Shown piece by piece: positions 44,676 through 54,434 of a DNA stretch of 64,000 nucleotides. The notes beneath the pieces are model-generated. The model was not told where the DNA came from, did not search any database, and was given only the letters and a program-made list of their open reading frames with translations. Both the position numbers and the translations under genes were made by a program. The DNA is taken from positions 310,001-374,000 of IMG/VR virus record IMGVR_UViG_3300005613_000001; one strand, given 5' to 3'. Position 1 is the first letter of the stretch, and every line of letters begins with the position of its first letter.

Positions 44676-47147
44676 TTAGAAGTTTTCTGAAGTCTCTTCA
44701 AAGCTATCAGCTTGGTTGTGAATAGAGAATTCAATAAAGATGAATTCCACAGCCTTGGTTGGCTTAACACCAATTCGTGCCCTGAATTCATTTCTGTCGA
44801 TTACTTCGGGCGTATTCAACTCTTCGTCAGCCTTAATTCTGTAATCGGTTAATCCTCGCCCCACTTTAATCTCTTCCAGAACGCCAGTTGCTATATTAAT
44901 AAATCTTTCACGGAAAATCTCGTCGTGAGGATTGAATAGCAATCTACGGGCCTTCTTTCTAATCATCTTAGCTGCAACAAAGAGCATTCTACGAACATTA
45001 ACACGGTCCAATGCTGTGGGTCTGCGTTGCAACGTCTTTTGACCCCAAACTACGAAACCGTCAATATCAGCGAACTGAACAATCGGGTTAATTGCATTTC
45101 GATACCCATACATCAAGTCTCTTTCAACAAGAGTCGGGCGGCTAAATACATCGGTGACAGCCGGTACTTGCCCTCTGTCTGCCCCAGCGGGAGCCCACCA
45201 AGGATACGCCAGAAGGTCGTTTCGGGCATACACAGCCATTACGGAGCCAGAAGGAGGAGCCCATACGTCAATTCCATTCCAAGAGTCACGAATCTTAACC
45301 CACGGCCAATATAGAGCCGCAAAGTCCGTATCAAACTTGGTAGAGTTCAACGGATGAACACCATTTTGCCAGTGAACAATCTCGGTCACAGTTAATCCGA
45401 ATGGAGGATCAACAATACACATTGAGTCCATGCGGTGGTTCTGGCAAACATCAATCATTGCAAGAATGACAGATGTAGAAGAGTGACCAGGAACAGCTAG
45501 TAAGTCAATATCAATTTGTTCAGGTTCGGATAGAGAATACACACCGCTCATTTCGGTACTGTTACCAATCAAGAGAGCGTCTTGGTCATCGGGATCAGCC
45601 GGAATTCCGTCTGCTCCACCAACCAAAGTGTATGTTCCATCTGCGGGCGATGCTGGGTTGCTTGTTACATCTTCGCACTTCACCCAATCAGAAACCACAT
45701 TCAAAAAGACTTCAACATAATAACTGCTCGTTTCGTCTTTATTTAAGTTACCCCAAGTTTCCATTTGGACGCTATTATTATAAACATCCATCGTGAAAGT
45801 ACCTTGGTGGGTATCATTTGTAATAACAACTTGAGTATCATTACCATCAATGCCAGGGCTATCGGCGGTAATTGTCATTGTCGTTGTTGCAGAAGCATTT
45901 TCAGAACCATTTACAATACCTGCGACATATACATCTGCATCGCCTGTATCACGTTCTGGGCTTGCTCCGGTATAGGTCAAGTTTTGGAAGCCAAACACTG
46001 TATCGGCGGTACTATCCGCTTTTACAAGGATTTTAGCATCTTGACCGAAGTGATTTGTAATAAGTGTTACACTTAAAGCCGCAACTTCTGTTGCATAATC
46101 TGGATCTGTTGGACCCACACCACCACCAACGGCTTGGAAGCCGCCCGGTAGAGAAGCAATCTGCGTATTAATCGCAGCCACGGCCTGAGCCGTTGAGACA
46201 GTTGCATCACCTTCTAAAGCAGCCAAATCAATCACTTGGACAACATTATCAATTAAAACGTTGTCAGTGCCATCAATGACCACCTGTAAATTCATATCGC
46301 TTAACTCACCGAAATTGAAGTTACCATCAACGGAAGCGGACCCTGATGTGGGGTAAGCTAAATTGGAACCAGGAGCGACAGCGCGTGTCATATCTGTTCC
46401 CAATCCTGTTACGTTTGTCCCTCCACCAGCTACGACAGTACCGCCGTAAATGGAGTCCGAAACGGAAACTAATTCGATGCTAGCGTCTGGACCATATGAG
46501 AAAACTGACATAATGCCAATTTCATCATCGTCCGTGCAATAGAACTGAATGCCGTCATCGGCATAAGTTAATTGCAAGTTCAAGTCTTCAACTAATTGCT
46601 CACATGTGTAAGCGGTATTGGTAAGAGGTGCCGGTCTATTGGCGTTCGCTAAAACAACCAATGTTTTACTGGCGATATTACCATTTAGTCTCCAACGGAA
46701 AAACGAATCACTGCTAAAACTATAACCACCAGCAATAACAATCCCATTAGCATCTTGAGTCGCATTATCGGGAGTATCGGAAGCGAATAATACCACACCA
46801 CCAGCAGAAGGTACATCTACCTCTGCAATTTGTGCTGCTTCATGTTCAACAGGTTCCGACACGCCTACACGAACGATATAACAGTCACTTGCAATACGCA
46901 TGTACTGTTGTGCGGCGTAAATTAAATATGGATCACCAACGTCAGGATGCGGGTATCCAAAAATGTCATTTAGCTCTCTTTGATTTCTAACTAATGTTGG
47001 AACTCCAATTGGCCCTTTACTTGCAAATCCGACCATTCCAGCTTTATGATAACTTCTTTCAGATTCATAAAAGCTTAAGTCCTTTTCTGCAATTCGGACA
47101 CTTGGACTTATTGTATTAGATGGTGGAAACCCCTTAAGAATTGCCAT
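44676..47147 (-). CDS. gp18: Tail sheath protein (gp18-like)
   Basis: SPSVRIAEKDLS, YWPWV, PPSG, WWAPAG, WGQKTL, RVNVRR, IFIEF. Confidence 0.95.
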   Translation of the reverse strand: MAILKGFPPSNTISPSVRIAEKDLSFYESERSYHKAGMVGFASKGPIGVPTLVRNQRELNDIFGYPHPDVGDPYLIYAAQQYMRIASDCYIVRVGVSEPVEHEAAQIAEVDVPSAGGVVLFASDTPDNATQDANGIVIAGGYSFSSDSFFRWRLNGNIASKTLVVLANANRPAPLTNTAYTCEQLVEDLNLQLTYADDGIQFYCTDDDEIGIMSVFSYGPDASIELVSVSDSIYGGTVVAGGGTNVTGLGTDMTRAVAPGSNLAYPTSGSASVDGNFNFGELSDMNLQVVIDGTDNVLIDNVVQVIDLAALEGDATVSTAQAVAAINTQIASLPGGFQAVGGGVGPTDPDYATEVAALSVTLITNHFGQDAKILVKADSTADTVFGFQNLTYTGASPERDTGDADVYVAGIVNGSENASATTTMTITADSPGIDGNDTQVVITNDTHQGTFTMDVYNNSVQMETWGNLNKDETSSYYVEVFLNVVSDWVKCEDVTSNPASPADGTYTLVGGADGIPADPDDQDALLIGNSTEMSGVYSLSEPEQIDIDLLAVPGHSSTSVILAMIDVCQNHRMDSMCIVDPPFGLTVTEIVHWQNGVHPLNSTKFDTDFAALYWPWVKIRDSWNGIDVWAPPSGSVMAVYARNDLLAYPWWAPAGADRGQVPAVTDVFSRPTLVERDLMYGYRNAINPIVQFADIDGFVVWGQKTLQRRPTALDRVNVRRMLFVAAKMIRKKARRLLFNPHDEIFRERFINIATGVLEEIKVGRGLTDYRIKADEELNTPEVIDRNEFRARIGVKPTKAVEFIFIEFSIHNQADSFEETSENF

Positions 47148-47150
47148 ATC

Positions 47151-47372
47151 TTAATCTCCCTTATCTAACCTATTGGGTACGTATTGTGTAGAAATTAAAC
47201 CTTGTTTTTCTGCACGCTCTATATATTCAGTTGCTCTTTCATCTTCTAATAAATAAATATTTTTTCCCGAGCCAAGACCCGGAATATTTAAACACGTTAA
47301 GGCTCTAGGTGCTCTTCTTGATCTAATAACAAGCTGCACTGGACCCCTCTGTTTGTTCTGTATTCTTATCAT
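47151..47372 (-). CDS. Small hypothetical protein
   Basis: Lies between the gp15-like and sheath genes. Confidence 0.6.
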   Translation of the reverse strand: MIRIQNKQRGPVQLVIRSRRAPRALTCLNIPGLGSGKNIYLLEDERATEYIERAEKQGLISTQYVPNRLDKGD

Positions 47373-48361
47373 TCTAGTTCTTTTACCGCCGTTTCAAGTT
47401 TCGCTAGAACATCCGTCATTTCTTCATCTGATGTTCCTGCTACTATTTCCTCTTTTATACGAAGAACCGCTTTATCCCTTCTAATTGGTTGGGGTATATA
47501 ACTCTTCGCTGTCATATTAAATTGGAACTTCACTACTCTAATAGCCTGATCCCCAGGTTTAACATCAATATTGTTTCCCGTAGAATCCAGTTCCACTATG
47601 GTTTCCCAATGCACTCCTCTTACGTTTATGTATGCAACCGGGTTAAATTTTGTAAATATTTGTTCGGCTATCTGGTTCATGTCTTCAAGGTACAAAGTCC
47701 AGGCATACAAAGTATAAGAAATATCCACAGGTATGCCCCTTGTAATGCCAAAAACCGTATCTCTATTGTACTTTTCGGAGATGGTAAATCCGGGGCGTCC
47801 GTCTAATAATCGCCCCAAATATCTCGCCTCGCTGTAAGTGTATCTTTCCTGGTTAAATTGAATGTCTGTTGAGTGAACGGCCAGCATGGGAAGCCTAATG
47901 CGATCCACTACTAAGGTCTTATCTTTACGAACATTATCTTGAAGAACCGCAGCCACAGCCTTTTCCTGTGTCGCCCAAATTATAGGCACATGATGTGCCT
48001 TCCCATTTTCGTCAATAACCACAAGATCTCTAAAAAGATCCATTATCGCCTCATCGGCCCCTCGCAAAGCTTTTGAATAACGATAAATTGTGTTATAACT
48101 AGGCTGTTCTACATCATTAATAATATGACCCGACATCATCGGATCACAGTCACCCCTTGCTCCCAAGCCAGTCTTTTGATTGCTGTCACTCTCTTGAATC
48201 CAATCCTTAAATTCATCCTCAATCCTACGAAATGAGGGCTCTCCGGTGTCGTGACATTGACCTGGAACGGGATCTAGATTAGGCTTATCATTAAGAGGGC
48301 TTTTTACATCACAAGGACGCAATGTTGGTTCTCTATTAATGGGATTTTGATGTTGCTCCAT
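47369..48361 (-). CDS. Tail sheath stabilizer/terminator (gp15-like)
   Basis: VPIIWATQEK, RLPMLA, PVDISYTL, DMNQIAEQI; position in the tail module. Confidence 0.75.
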   Translation of the reverse strand: MEQHQNPINREPTLRPCDVKSPLNDKPNLDPVPGQCHDTGEPSFRRIEDEFKDWIQESDSNQKTGLGARGDCDPMMSGHIINDVEQPSYNTIYRYSKALRGADEAIMDLFRDLVVIDENGKAHHVPIIWATQEKAVAAVLQDNVRKDKTLVVDRIRLPMLAVHSTDIQFNQERYTYSEARYLGRLLDGRPGFTISEKYNRDTVFGITRGIPVDISYTLYAWTLYLEDMNQIAEQIFTKFNPVAYINVRGVHWETIVELDSTGNNIDVKPGDQAIRVVKFQFNMTAKSYIPQPIRRDKAVLRIKEEIVAGTSDEEMTDVLAKLETAVKELE

Positions 48362-48407
48362 AAATCGCTTTCTTTTATATTATATAGCTTAATAGGCTGT
48401 TATTTAA

Positions 48408-49313
48408 ATGAGAATGAAAGAAAAGATAATAATTAAGTGTAATTTGTGCCCCGGCGATTTGTGTACTTTAACAGCCGCCATCTACTCATTGCATGTCAAA
48501 TATAAAAATCAATATGTAACCGATGTGAGAACGCATTGGCCTTCTATTTTTAATAACAACCCCCACATAACACCTCTCCAAGATAAAGAGGCGAGATCAA
48601 TTGAGGCTCACTACACCGACTTAATCGATGCCTCTAATACTGTGCCCGTGCCGTTCTTATTAGGCTACACCCAAAATTTAAGCCAACAGCTAGGTATTCG
48701 GCTTACGCTGGTAACCAATAAGCCCCAATTGTATTTGAATAGCGAAGAAGAAAAAATTAAGTTGTTTTCTGAACCCTTTTTATTAATCAATGCTGGCACA
48801 AAGAGAGATGTAACTTGCAAACAGTGGCCTGTAGAATACTACCAAGCCGTAGTAGACCAATTAAAAGATAAAATAAAATTTATACAAGTGGGCAATCCCA
48901 ATGATAATCATGTGGCATTAAAAGGAGTTATCAATTGGGTGGGAAGAACGCCTGCCCGGAAATTAATCATCCTAGCTAGCCAATCGATGGGAGGTATTGG
49001 TCCCGTCACATGGCTTCAACATCTTTGTGCTGCTTTTGAAAAACCTTATTTCTGCCTTCTAGGAGGAAGAGAGGGGGTGTCTTGGGTTCAATATCCATTT
49101 CAACAGACCTTTCACGTTATGGGGCAACTGGATTGTTGTAGCCACGGCGGTTGCTGGAACGCTAGAGTGGTGCCACTTTCTAAGAATGAAGAGAATCTAT
49201 GTGAATGCCCTCAAACTAATTTTAAGATTCCAGCACCCCGTTGTATGACTATGATAAAACCTGAACAAGTGATAATGTCACTACACACATATTTGGATGC
49301 CCTACGAGGCTAA
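48408..49313 (+). CDS. GT9 (heptosyltransferase-like) glycosyltransferase
   Basis: PGD..TAA..L, KQWPVEYY, IQVG, NWVGRT, HLCAAF.KP. Confidence 0.75.
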   Translation: MRMKEKIIIKCNLCPGDLCTLTAAIYSLHVKYKNQYVTDVRTHWPSIFNNNPHITPLQDKEARSIEAHYTDLIDASNTVPVPFLLGYTQNLSQQLGIRLTLVTNKPQLYLNSEEEKIKLFSEPFLLINAGTKRDVTCKQWPVEYYQAVVDQLKDKIKFIQVGNPNDNHVALKGVINWVGRTPARKLIILASQSMGGIGPVTWLQHLCAAFEKPYFCLLGGREGVSWVQYPFQQTFHVMGQLDCCSHGGCWNARVVPLSKNEENLCECPQTNFKIPAPRCMTMIKPEQVIMSLHTYLDALRG

Positions 49314-50024
49314 ATGTTCCCAATATGTTTGTTGGGCTTTTTGTGTAATTCTAATTAATTTCCTATCAAAACAATTTATCCAATCTCCAAATGTGCCCTT
49401 TCTTAATGCCCTTGGATTTCCCTGATTGCGGAACATCTTTTCATTTACCACTTTTACTAAAATATCCAAAGATTTGCATTCAACCCCTAAGAAATCAACA
49501 ATCTTCCTAATTTCTGCTGTTGTGTTGTACTTCATCCACTCATAACTTGTCCAAATATAAGGCATCTCATTAGCTCTTTTGCGTCTTGTTGAATAGCCCC
49601 GCTCCATTCGTTTGATTTGTCTAGCTAAATCAACCTCAGCAAATTCGGTATAAAGATCTTTTATGGTTTTAGCCAAATTCGGCTTGCCACGCTTCCATCG
49701 CTTCGGCCACACAGATTGTTTTAAATCGAAACGAGCCATTCTAAAATGGGCAATGGATGTGAGAATATCCCTTGGATTTCTGACTACTGTTATAATCTTG
49801 TAATCATGTGGTTTTAATTTATCTAAAACATCCGTATGAATAAAATGATGTTGTTTTTGTATCCGCCCTGCATCTATATTCTTTCTAACAGCCTTTATTT
49901 GATCTTCGCCAAACACCTCTCCATCCACCACAGAAGCCACCTCACTACCTAAGACGGTTTGTAGAATTTCCCCCATCCAAGTGCTTCCTGTCCGCATTTC
50001 AGATAAAATTATAACTTTATTCAT
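49302..50024 (-). CDS. Sulfotransferase
   Basis: MRTGSTWM, VRNPRD..TS, YE, RKG..GDW. Confidence 0.85.
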   Translation of the reverse strand: MNKVIILSEMRTGSTWMGEILQTVLGSEVASVVDGEVFGEDQIKAVRKNIDAGRIQKQHHFIHTDVLDKLKPHDYKIITVVRNPRDILTSIAHFRMARFDLKQSVWPKRWKRGKPNLAKTIKDLYTEFAEVDLARQIKRMERGYSTRRKRANEMPYIWTSYEWMKYNTTAEIRKIVDFLGVECKSLDILVKVVNEKMFRNQGNPRALRKGTFGDWINCFDRKLIRITQKAQQTYWEHLAS

Positions 50025-52017
50025 TTAAATATCCCTTCATGAGTTTTCCAATATTCTCCCATGAAAATCTTTGTAAGTCTTTTACTGCCTGCTTGCCCCT
50101 GCCCTTGGCTTCTTCTTGGTGTTCATAAACCCATCGCATTGTGGCTTTCAAGTGATCTATCTCAACCTCAGCCCAAGATTGTGTTTCATCATACCATTTA
50201 AATTGAGGCATCCCTGAAACTGGAACTAATGTATAATCCAATAGAAAACTATTTTTTCTTGTCATATACTCTAGATTTCCCCCGAAATTCGTAGCTATCG
50301 CAGGGTTGCCAAAAGACATAGCCTCAAAAATTGGAATTCCCCAACCTTCACTTCGATGAGGCATCACATAGCAATCGCACGCTGTGTGAATTCCATCAAT
50401 TTGTGTGTTGGAAAGATTCTTTACAATTAAACTTACGGGAGCACGGGGTTTCTTAAATTTGGAGGCAATTTCAGCAATCTTATCAGTAATTGCCTTATAT
50501 TGATCCTTATGACGAAAAATGTGTGCTTTCATAACCAAGCATACATTGTCGTTTGTATTAAACTCGCTAAAATATGCATGAAGCAATGCTTCTGCGTTTT
50601 TGCGAGCACACCAATCAAAAATGCAATAAAATTTATATTTACCTTTTGTACTTTCATCACACAAATCGTCTAAGTCATCTTCATAGAATTCCACCTTCCT
50701 ATCGCACATTGGAAAAGAATGTGGAGTCACTCTAATTTTTACATTAACACCCGATTTTTTGAAGACTTGCGCATTCCACTGAGTCGCTGTCCATATCTCA
50801 TCCATTTGGTTGCAGTGATCTACCAATTCATGAGGAAGCTTGGTTGTTTCCCATATGGTTAAACCTATATTTTTAACACCTTCCTCTTTATGTTCATCAA
50901 AGAAATGAGGCAATGTGTGAATTATCTTAGTTTTGTAGGGATATCTTTTCTCAATTAAGGGGTAAATTCTATCTGCATAGTCCCCTAAATCAGTTGTACC
51001 ATGAAAAACAATTGATTGAATGGGGACTTCTACCCCTGCTACTGTCATAGCTGTAATATAATTTCTAGCTGCTGCCGCATAACCATTTGCATCTAAAACC
51101 GTTCCACAGTATTTTACAGAATGTTCTTTTGCTTGCCATTTTGATTTTAAATCTTTGATGTAAGAAAAACATTTATCTTCGTACTTAAACCCAGGAATGT
51201 GTACATTATTAGACAAGTTCCATTTTGCAAGAAATGTCTTATGCTGGAAGACTACCCTTCCTTGAAAGTCATGCTGAAGCATTGCATGACCTTTTCCAAA
51301 TGAACCAATTAGTTTAGTTGCTTTTGAAGGCATAGCAAATGGAGCATTTAATTTACGCCATGCCATATGGAAGGTGTCTTTATCCCCATTGATGTAACCA
51401 TAATAAAATGAAGAATATAGGTTATACCAGTTGGTCAGCATAAGTGGCTTCCAACTTTTTTTCTTATTTAAAACAATTTGACCACTTTCAAATTCAGGTT
51501 CATTACGATATGGAATATTGCCCGCTACCTTCCATATTGGGTGATCTTTCGGCAGCCTAGTTATGTCCGGCCAAAAAACAGCACCATGTTCTTTATATTG
51601 GGGCGTTTCAAATAAAAACGTTGGGTCCACTACGGGAACATTATCTGCATCAATGAAAATTACTTCTTTAAACGGACAGTGAGTAATTGCAAATGGCTTT
51701 ACTTCATAGCCATTTAATCTTGGATGGGGAAAATTCTTGCGAACTTTATAAGCATCTACACATTCTACATTTAGAGGTTCAACTAATTTAGCCCATCTTT
51801 CGTCATATTCTGCAACTCCCAAATACCATACTTGAATAGGAAGCTCACACCCTAAGTGTCTTAACTGTTGAATTAAAACCCAAGCATTTGTATTATAGCA
51901 CAATCCTCCCGCACATGTTACAATGCCCCGCCCCTTATATTTGTCTGGATAGGGGGGCATGTTTTTTATGAAATCATTTACAATTGTTGGTGCTGTATTT
52001 TCAGTTAAAATCTTCAT
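50017..52017 (-). CDS. GT71/Mnn2-like mannosyltransferase fused to a GT4 domain
   Basis: RGIVTCAGG, FIDADN, FWPD, ESGQ, GDKDTF; C-terminal RKN, RSEGWG.P..EAM. Confidence 0.8.
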   Translation of the reverse strand: MKILTENTAPTIVNDFIKNMPPYPDKYKGRGIVTCAGGLCYNTNAWVLIQQLRHLGCELPIQVWYLGVAEYDERWAKLVEPLNVECVDAYKVRKNFPHPRLNGYEVKPFAITHCPFKEVIFIDADNVPVVDPTFLFETPQYKEHGAVFWPDITRLPKDHPIWKVAGNIPYRNEPEFESGQIVLNKKKSWKPLMLTNWYNLYSSFYYGYINGDKDTFHMAWRKLNAPFAMPSKATKLIGSFGKGHAMLQHDFQGRVVFQHKTFLAKWNLSNNVHIPGFKYEDKCFSYIKDLKSKWQAKEHSVKYCGTVLDANGYAAAARNYITAMTVAGVEVPIQSIVFHGTTDLGDYADRIYPLIEKRYPYKTKIIHTLPHFFDEHKEEGVKNIGLTIWETTKLPHELVDHCNQMDEIWTATQWNAQVFKKSGVNVKIRVTPHSFPMCDRKVEFYEDDLDDLCDESTKGKYKFYCIFDWCARKNAEALLHAYFSEFNTNDNVCLVMKAHIFRHKDQYKAITDKIAEIASKFKKPRAPVSLIVKNLSNTQIDGIHTACDCYVMPHRSEGWGIPIFEAMSFGNPAIATNFGGNLEYMTRKNSFLLDYTLVPVSGMPQFKWYDETQSWAEVEIDHLKATMRWVYEHQEEAKGRGKQAVKDLQRFSWENIGKLMKGYLNE

Positions 52018-52604
52018 TAACTAAAATCCGGTTGAATATCAGAGGGCATAGTTGTAAAAACGTATCCCCACCCTTTCGGCTCCTTTTTTGTAACTTTCCA
52101 CCACCGCTTTTCCTTGGTCTGAGGATAAACAATAGATCCTGCCTCAATTGTCTTAATATCACTCCAAAAAATCAAAGAAAAATCATTTTGATTTATAATA
52201 ATACCCTCAAACAGAAATTTTGCTCCATATTGTTGAGATTTACGAACCTCATTATAAAGCTCATCATGGTGCTCTATTGTTACTAGAGGGAGGCAGTGAA
52301 TTTTTATTTTGTTTTCTAATTGAAATGTTTTTTGGGGTTCATAAGGTTTAGGTGGTTCCGGTTCTGGTTCCGGTTCCGGTTCTGGCGGTTCCAATTCGAT
52401 AGGTTCTTCTAAAGATACATCTGATTTGACATTAAAATCGCTTTGATCGGTAACCACATCGCCTTCATCTTGGCGTGTTTCATTGTCCCACTCACAATTA
52501 TGCAGAACAAACTCTTCTTCTTCCTCCCAATTTTTCTGCTTTTTCATAAGGGGGTTCGGACCACGCAATCTGAACACTGTACCATCTTTATTTTTTATAG
52601 ACAT
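52017..52604 (-). CDS. Hypothetical protein with a PE-repeat linker
   Basis: ORF in the structural region; PEPEPEPEP. Confidence 0.7.
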   Translation of the reverse strand: MSIKNKDGTVFRLRGPNPLMKKQKNWEEEEEFVLHNCEWDNETRQDEGDVVTDQSDFNVKSDVSLEEPIELEPPEPEPEPEPEPPKPYEPQKTFQLENKIKIHCLPLVTIEHHDELYNEVRKSQQYGAKFLFEGIIINQNDFSLIFWSDIKTIEAGSIVYPQTKEKRWWKVTKKEPKGWGYVFTTMPSDIQPDFS

Positions 52605-52648
52605 CTTACTTCTATATAAGAGTGTAATTTTCACAAATGGTGGTAGAA

Positions 52649-53062
52649 ATGGCTGATTATGTAATCCCAGATGAAGGTGAAGTGGAACTTCTTGAGTATA
52701 TGGTTAACAAGACGGCAACTGGCGACCTAATATTAAAACTATTTACCAATGATATCACTGCTGACGGGGACACAGCCTACGCAGATATGACAGAATCCAC
52801 TGTCGGAGATTATGCCCCAATCACACTTACAGGAGCTAGCTGGACAGTCGCCACAGCCGCAGGGGTTACAACGGCCCAATATGCTGAACAGACTTTTAGC
52901 TTTACAACCTCTGAAACAGTATATGGATATTACGTAGTTAATAATGCTGATGATACCCTGCTTTGGGTTCATAGAGCCAGCTTTGCCCCCGCCGCCATTC
53001 CCCCAGTGGGAGGAGTATTTACTGTAGTTCCCAAATTAAGGATCACAAGTTGTGATACTTAA
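52649..53062 (+). CDS. Putative virion structural protein
   Basis: LKLFTND..Y..ITL..W..TVYGYYV pattern typical of small virion proteins. Confidence 0.6.
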   Translation: MADYVIPDEGEVELLEYMVNKTATGDLILKLFTNDITADGDTAYADMTESTVGDYAPITLTGASWTVATAAGVTTAQYAEQTFSFTTSETVYGYYVVNNADDTLLWVHRASFAPAAIPPVGGVFTVVPKLRITSCDT

Positions 53063-53076
53063 CCATAAATAGTTTT

Positions 53077-53625
53077 ATGGCAATCTATAATCCAGATGGA
53101 AGCGTTTACGGACCAGTAGGAAGTATGCGGTCGTTCGATCCCGATTCGCCCGACCACGATCTCTTCAATATCTGGGATGAAGAACTAATTAAAATTAGTG
53201 GAACGCCTCTTTTTTACTATGAAGTATTCATCCAAGATCAAACTATTGATCCTATTTATTGGGAAGATCGTGGCAAAATATGGTCCACTCATCCAATTAC
53301 CCTTTATGGGTACTATGAACCAATCCCCTCACAAAACTTTATGTCAAACTGGGGAGTTGATGCGCCTGATGAGATGATCTTTGAACTTAATTATAAATCA
53401 ACATTACAAGCTGTAGGGCATCCACCAAAAATTGGATCAAGAGTCTACAGCCCTCACCTAAATGAAAATTGGAAACTCATCCAAAGAAATTTAGGAGAAT
53501 TTAAAAAATGGGGCGTGGTAAGATTAGAATTAATATGCCAGAGATTCCAAGAATCGCTTACTACGGGCGAGGGTGAAGTTACACAAAATGAACCAGATTT
53601 CAAAATAGATGAGGTATTAGAATGA
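53077..53625 (+). CDS. gp14: Neck/head-completion protein (gp14-like)
   Basis: DEELIKISG, DPIYWED, SNWGV..PDE; CATAAATA upstream. Confidence 0.7.
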   Translation: MAIYNPDGSVYGPVGSMRSFDPDSPDHDLFNIWDEELIKISGTPLFYYEVFIQDQTIDPIYWEDRGKIWSTHPITLYGYYEPIPSQNFMSNWGVDAPDEMIFELNYKSTLQAVGHPPKIGSRVYSPHLNENWKLIQRNLGEFKKWGVVRLELICQRFQESLTTGEGEVTQNEPDFKIDEVLE

Positions 53626-54065
53626 AAACAATTAATGAATGGCAAATAAGTCAGACAGAATATGAAGATCAAGAAGAGTTTATCCAGAATATGAGCGAAT
53701 TGTCGGAATCGCTTAATGTAGCACTTAAATCTTATCATGGTGATAGATTTGATGCTTTCCTTGATATCATTGGTATATGCAATGAAACGGAACGAGCGAT
53801 AGCCGATGTGCGACACGGGACTGTCCAAGAACGAAATCAATGGACAAATAAATTACAACAATGGAAAATAGAGCAACTAGAAAAGCTAAACCCTCCTGAA
53901 AACTCCGAATTGGCAAATTGGGCTAAACAGGTTTGTGAAATCGTTGAGCAATTCCGAAATGAACAAATGCGATATAAGGGAGAAAAATTCCCTGGTTATT
54001 CGGAAATCGTTGAGGGAATAGATAATTTGTCTTTGATATTAAATAAAATTGGATTGTCAAGCTGA
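53622..54065 (+). CDS. Hypothetical protein, MKTINEW N-terminus
   Basis: 147 aa ORF. Confidence 0.65.
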   Translation: MKTINEWQISQTEYEDQEEFIQNMSELSESLNVALKSYHGDRFDAFLDIIGICNETERAIADVRHGTVQERNQWTNKLQQWKIEQLEKLNPPENSELANWAKQVCEIVEQFRNEQMRYKGEKFPGYSEIVEGIDNLSLILNKIGLSS

Positions 54066-54100
54066 AATCCCGAAGGCGGAGATACATTTTTAAACAACCT

Positions 54101-54134
54101 AAGAGGCACTTTGGGTTTTTCCAAAGTGCCTCTT
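54101..54134. terminator. 14-bp inverted repeat between convergent genes
   Basis: AAGAGGCACTTTGG/CCAAAGTGCCTCTT. Confidence 0.65.
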
Positions 54135-54152
54135 GTATTTAAAATCAAAACT

Positions 54153-54434
54153 TTATTGTTGCTTCTCTTTGGTTTGTATAACTTCATTTTGGGAACCAGG
54201 AACTACCTTTACATTGTATCCAACTTTAGCTAATTCTGTTCTATAGCTGTCAACGGCTCTGAGAAATCCCATTTCCCACAAATCAGCCACAAGACCAGCA
54301 AAGTTTTCTAAGTCTTTCTCTGTTTGGATGGCGGTAGCCAACCTGGAAATGATATCTTCATTCTTGGGATATCTGTCTTTCAGCATCTCAAGAAGATATT
54401 TCTTAACTGCGTTTTCTCTCATGTTTGGGAACAT
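54153..54434 (-). CDS. Hypothetical protein
   Basis: 93 aa ORF. Confidence 0.65.
   Translation of the reverse strand: MFPNMRENAVKKYLLEMLKDRYPKNEDIISRLATAIQTEKDLENFAGLVADLWEMGFLRAVDSYRTELAKVGYNVKVVPGSQNEVIQTKEKQQ

Noticed and set aside
52364-52390. GGTTCC/GGTTCT short tandem repeat
   Set aside because: It simply encodes a Pro-Glu linker.
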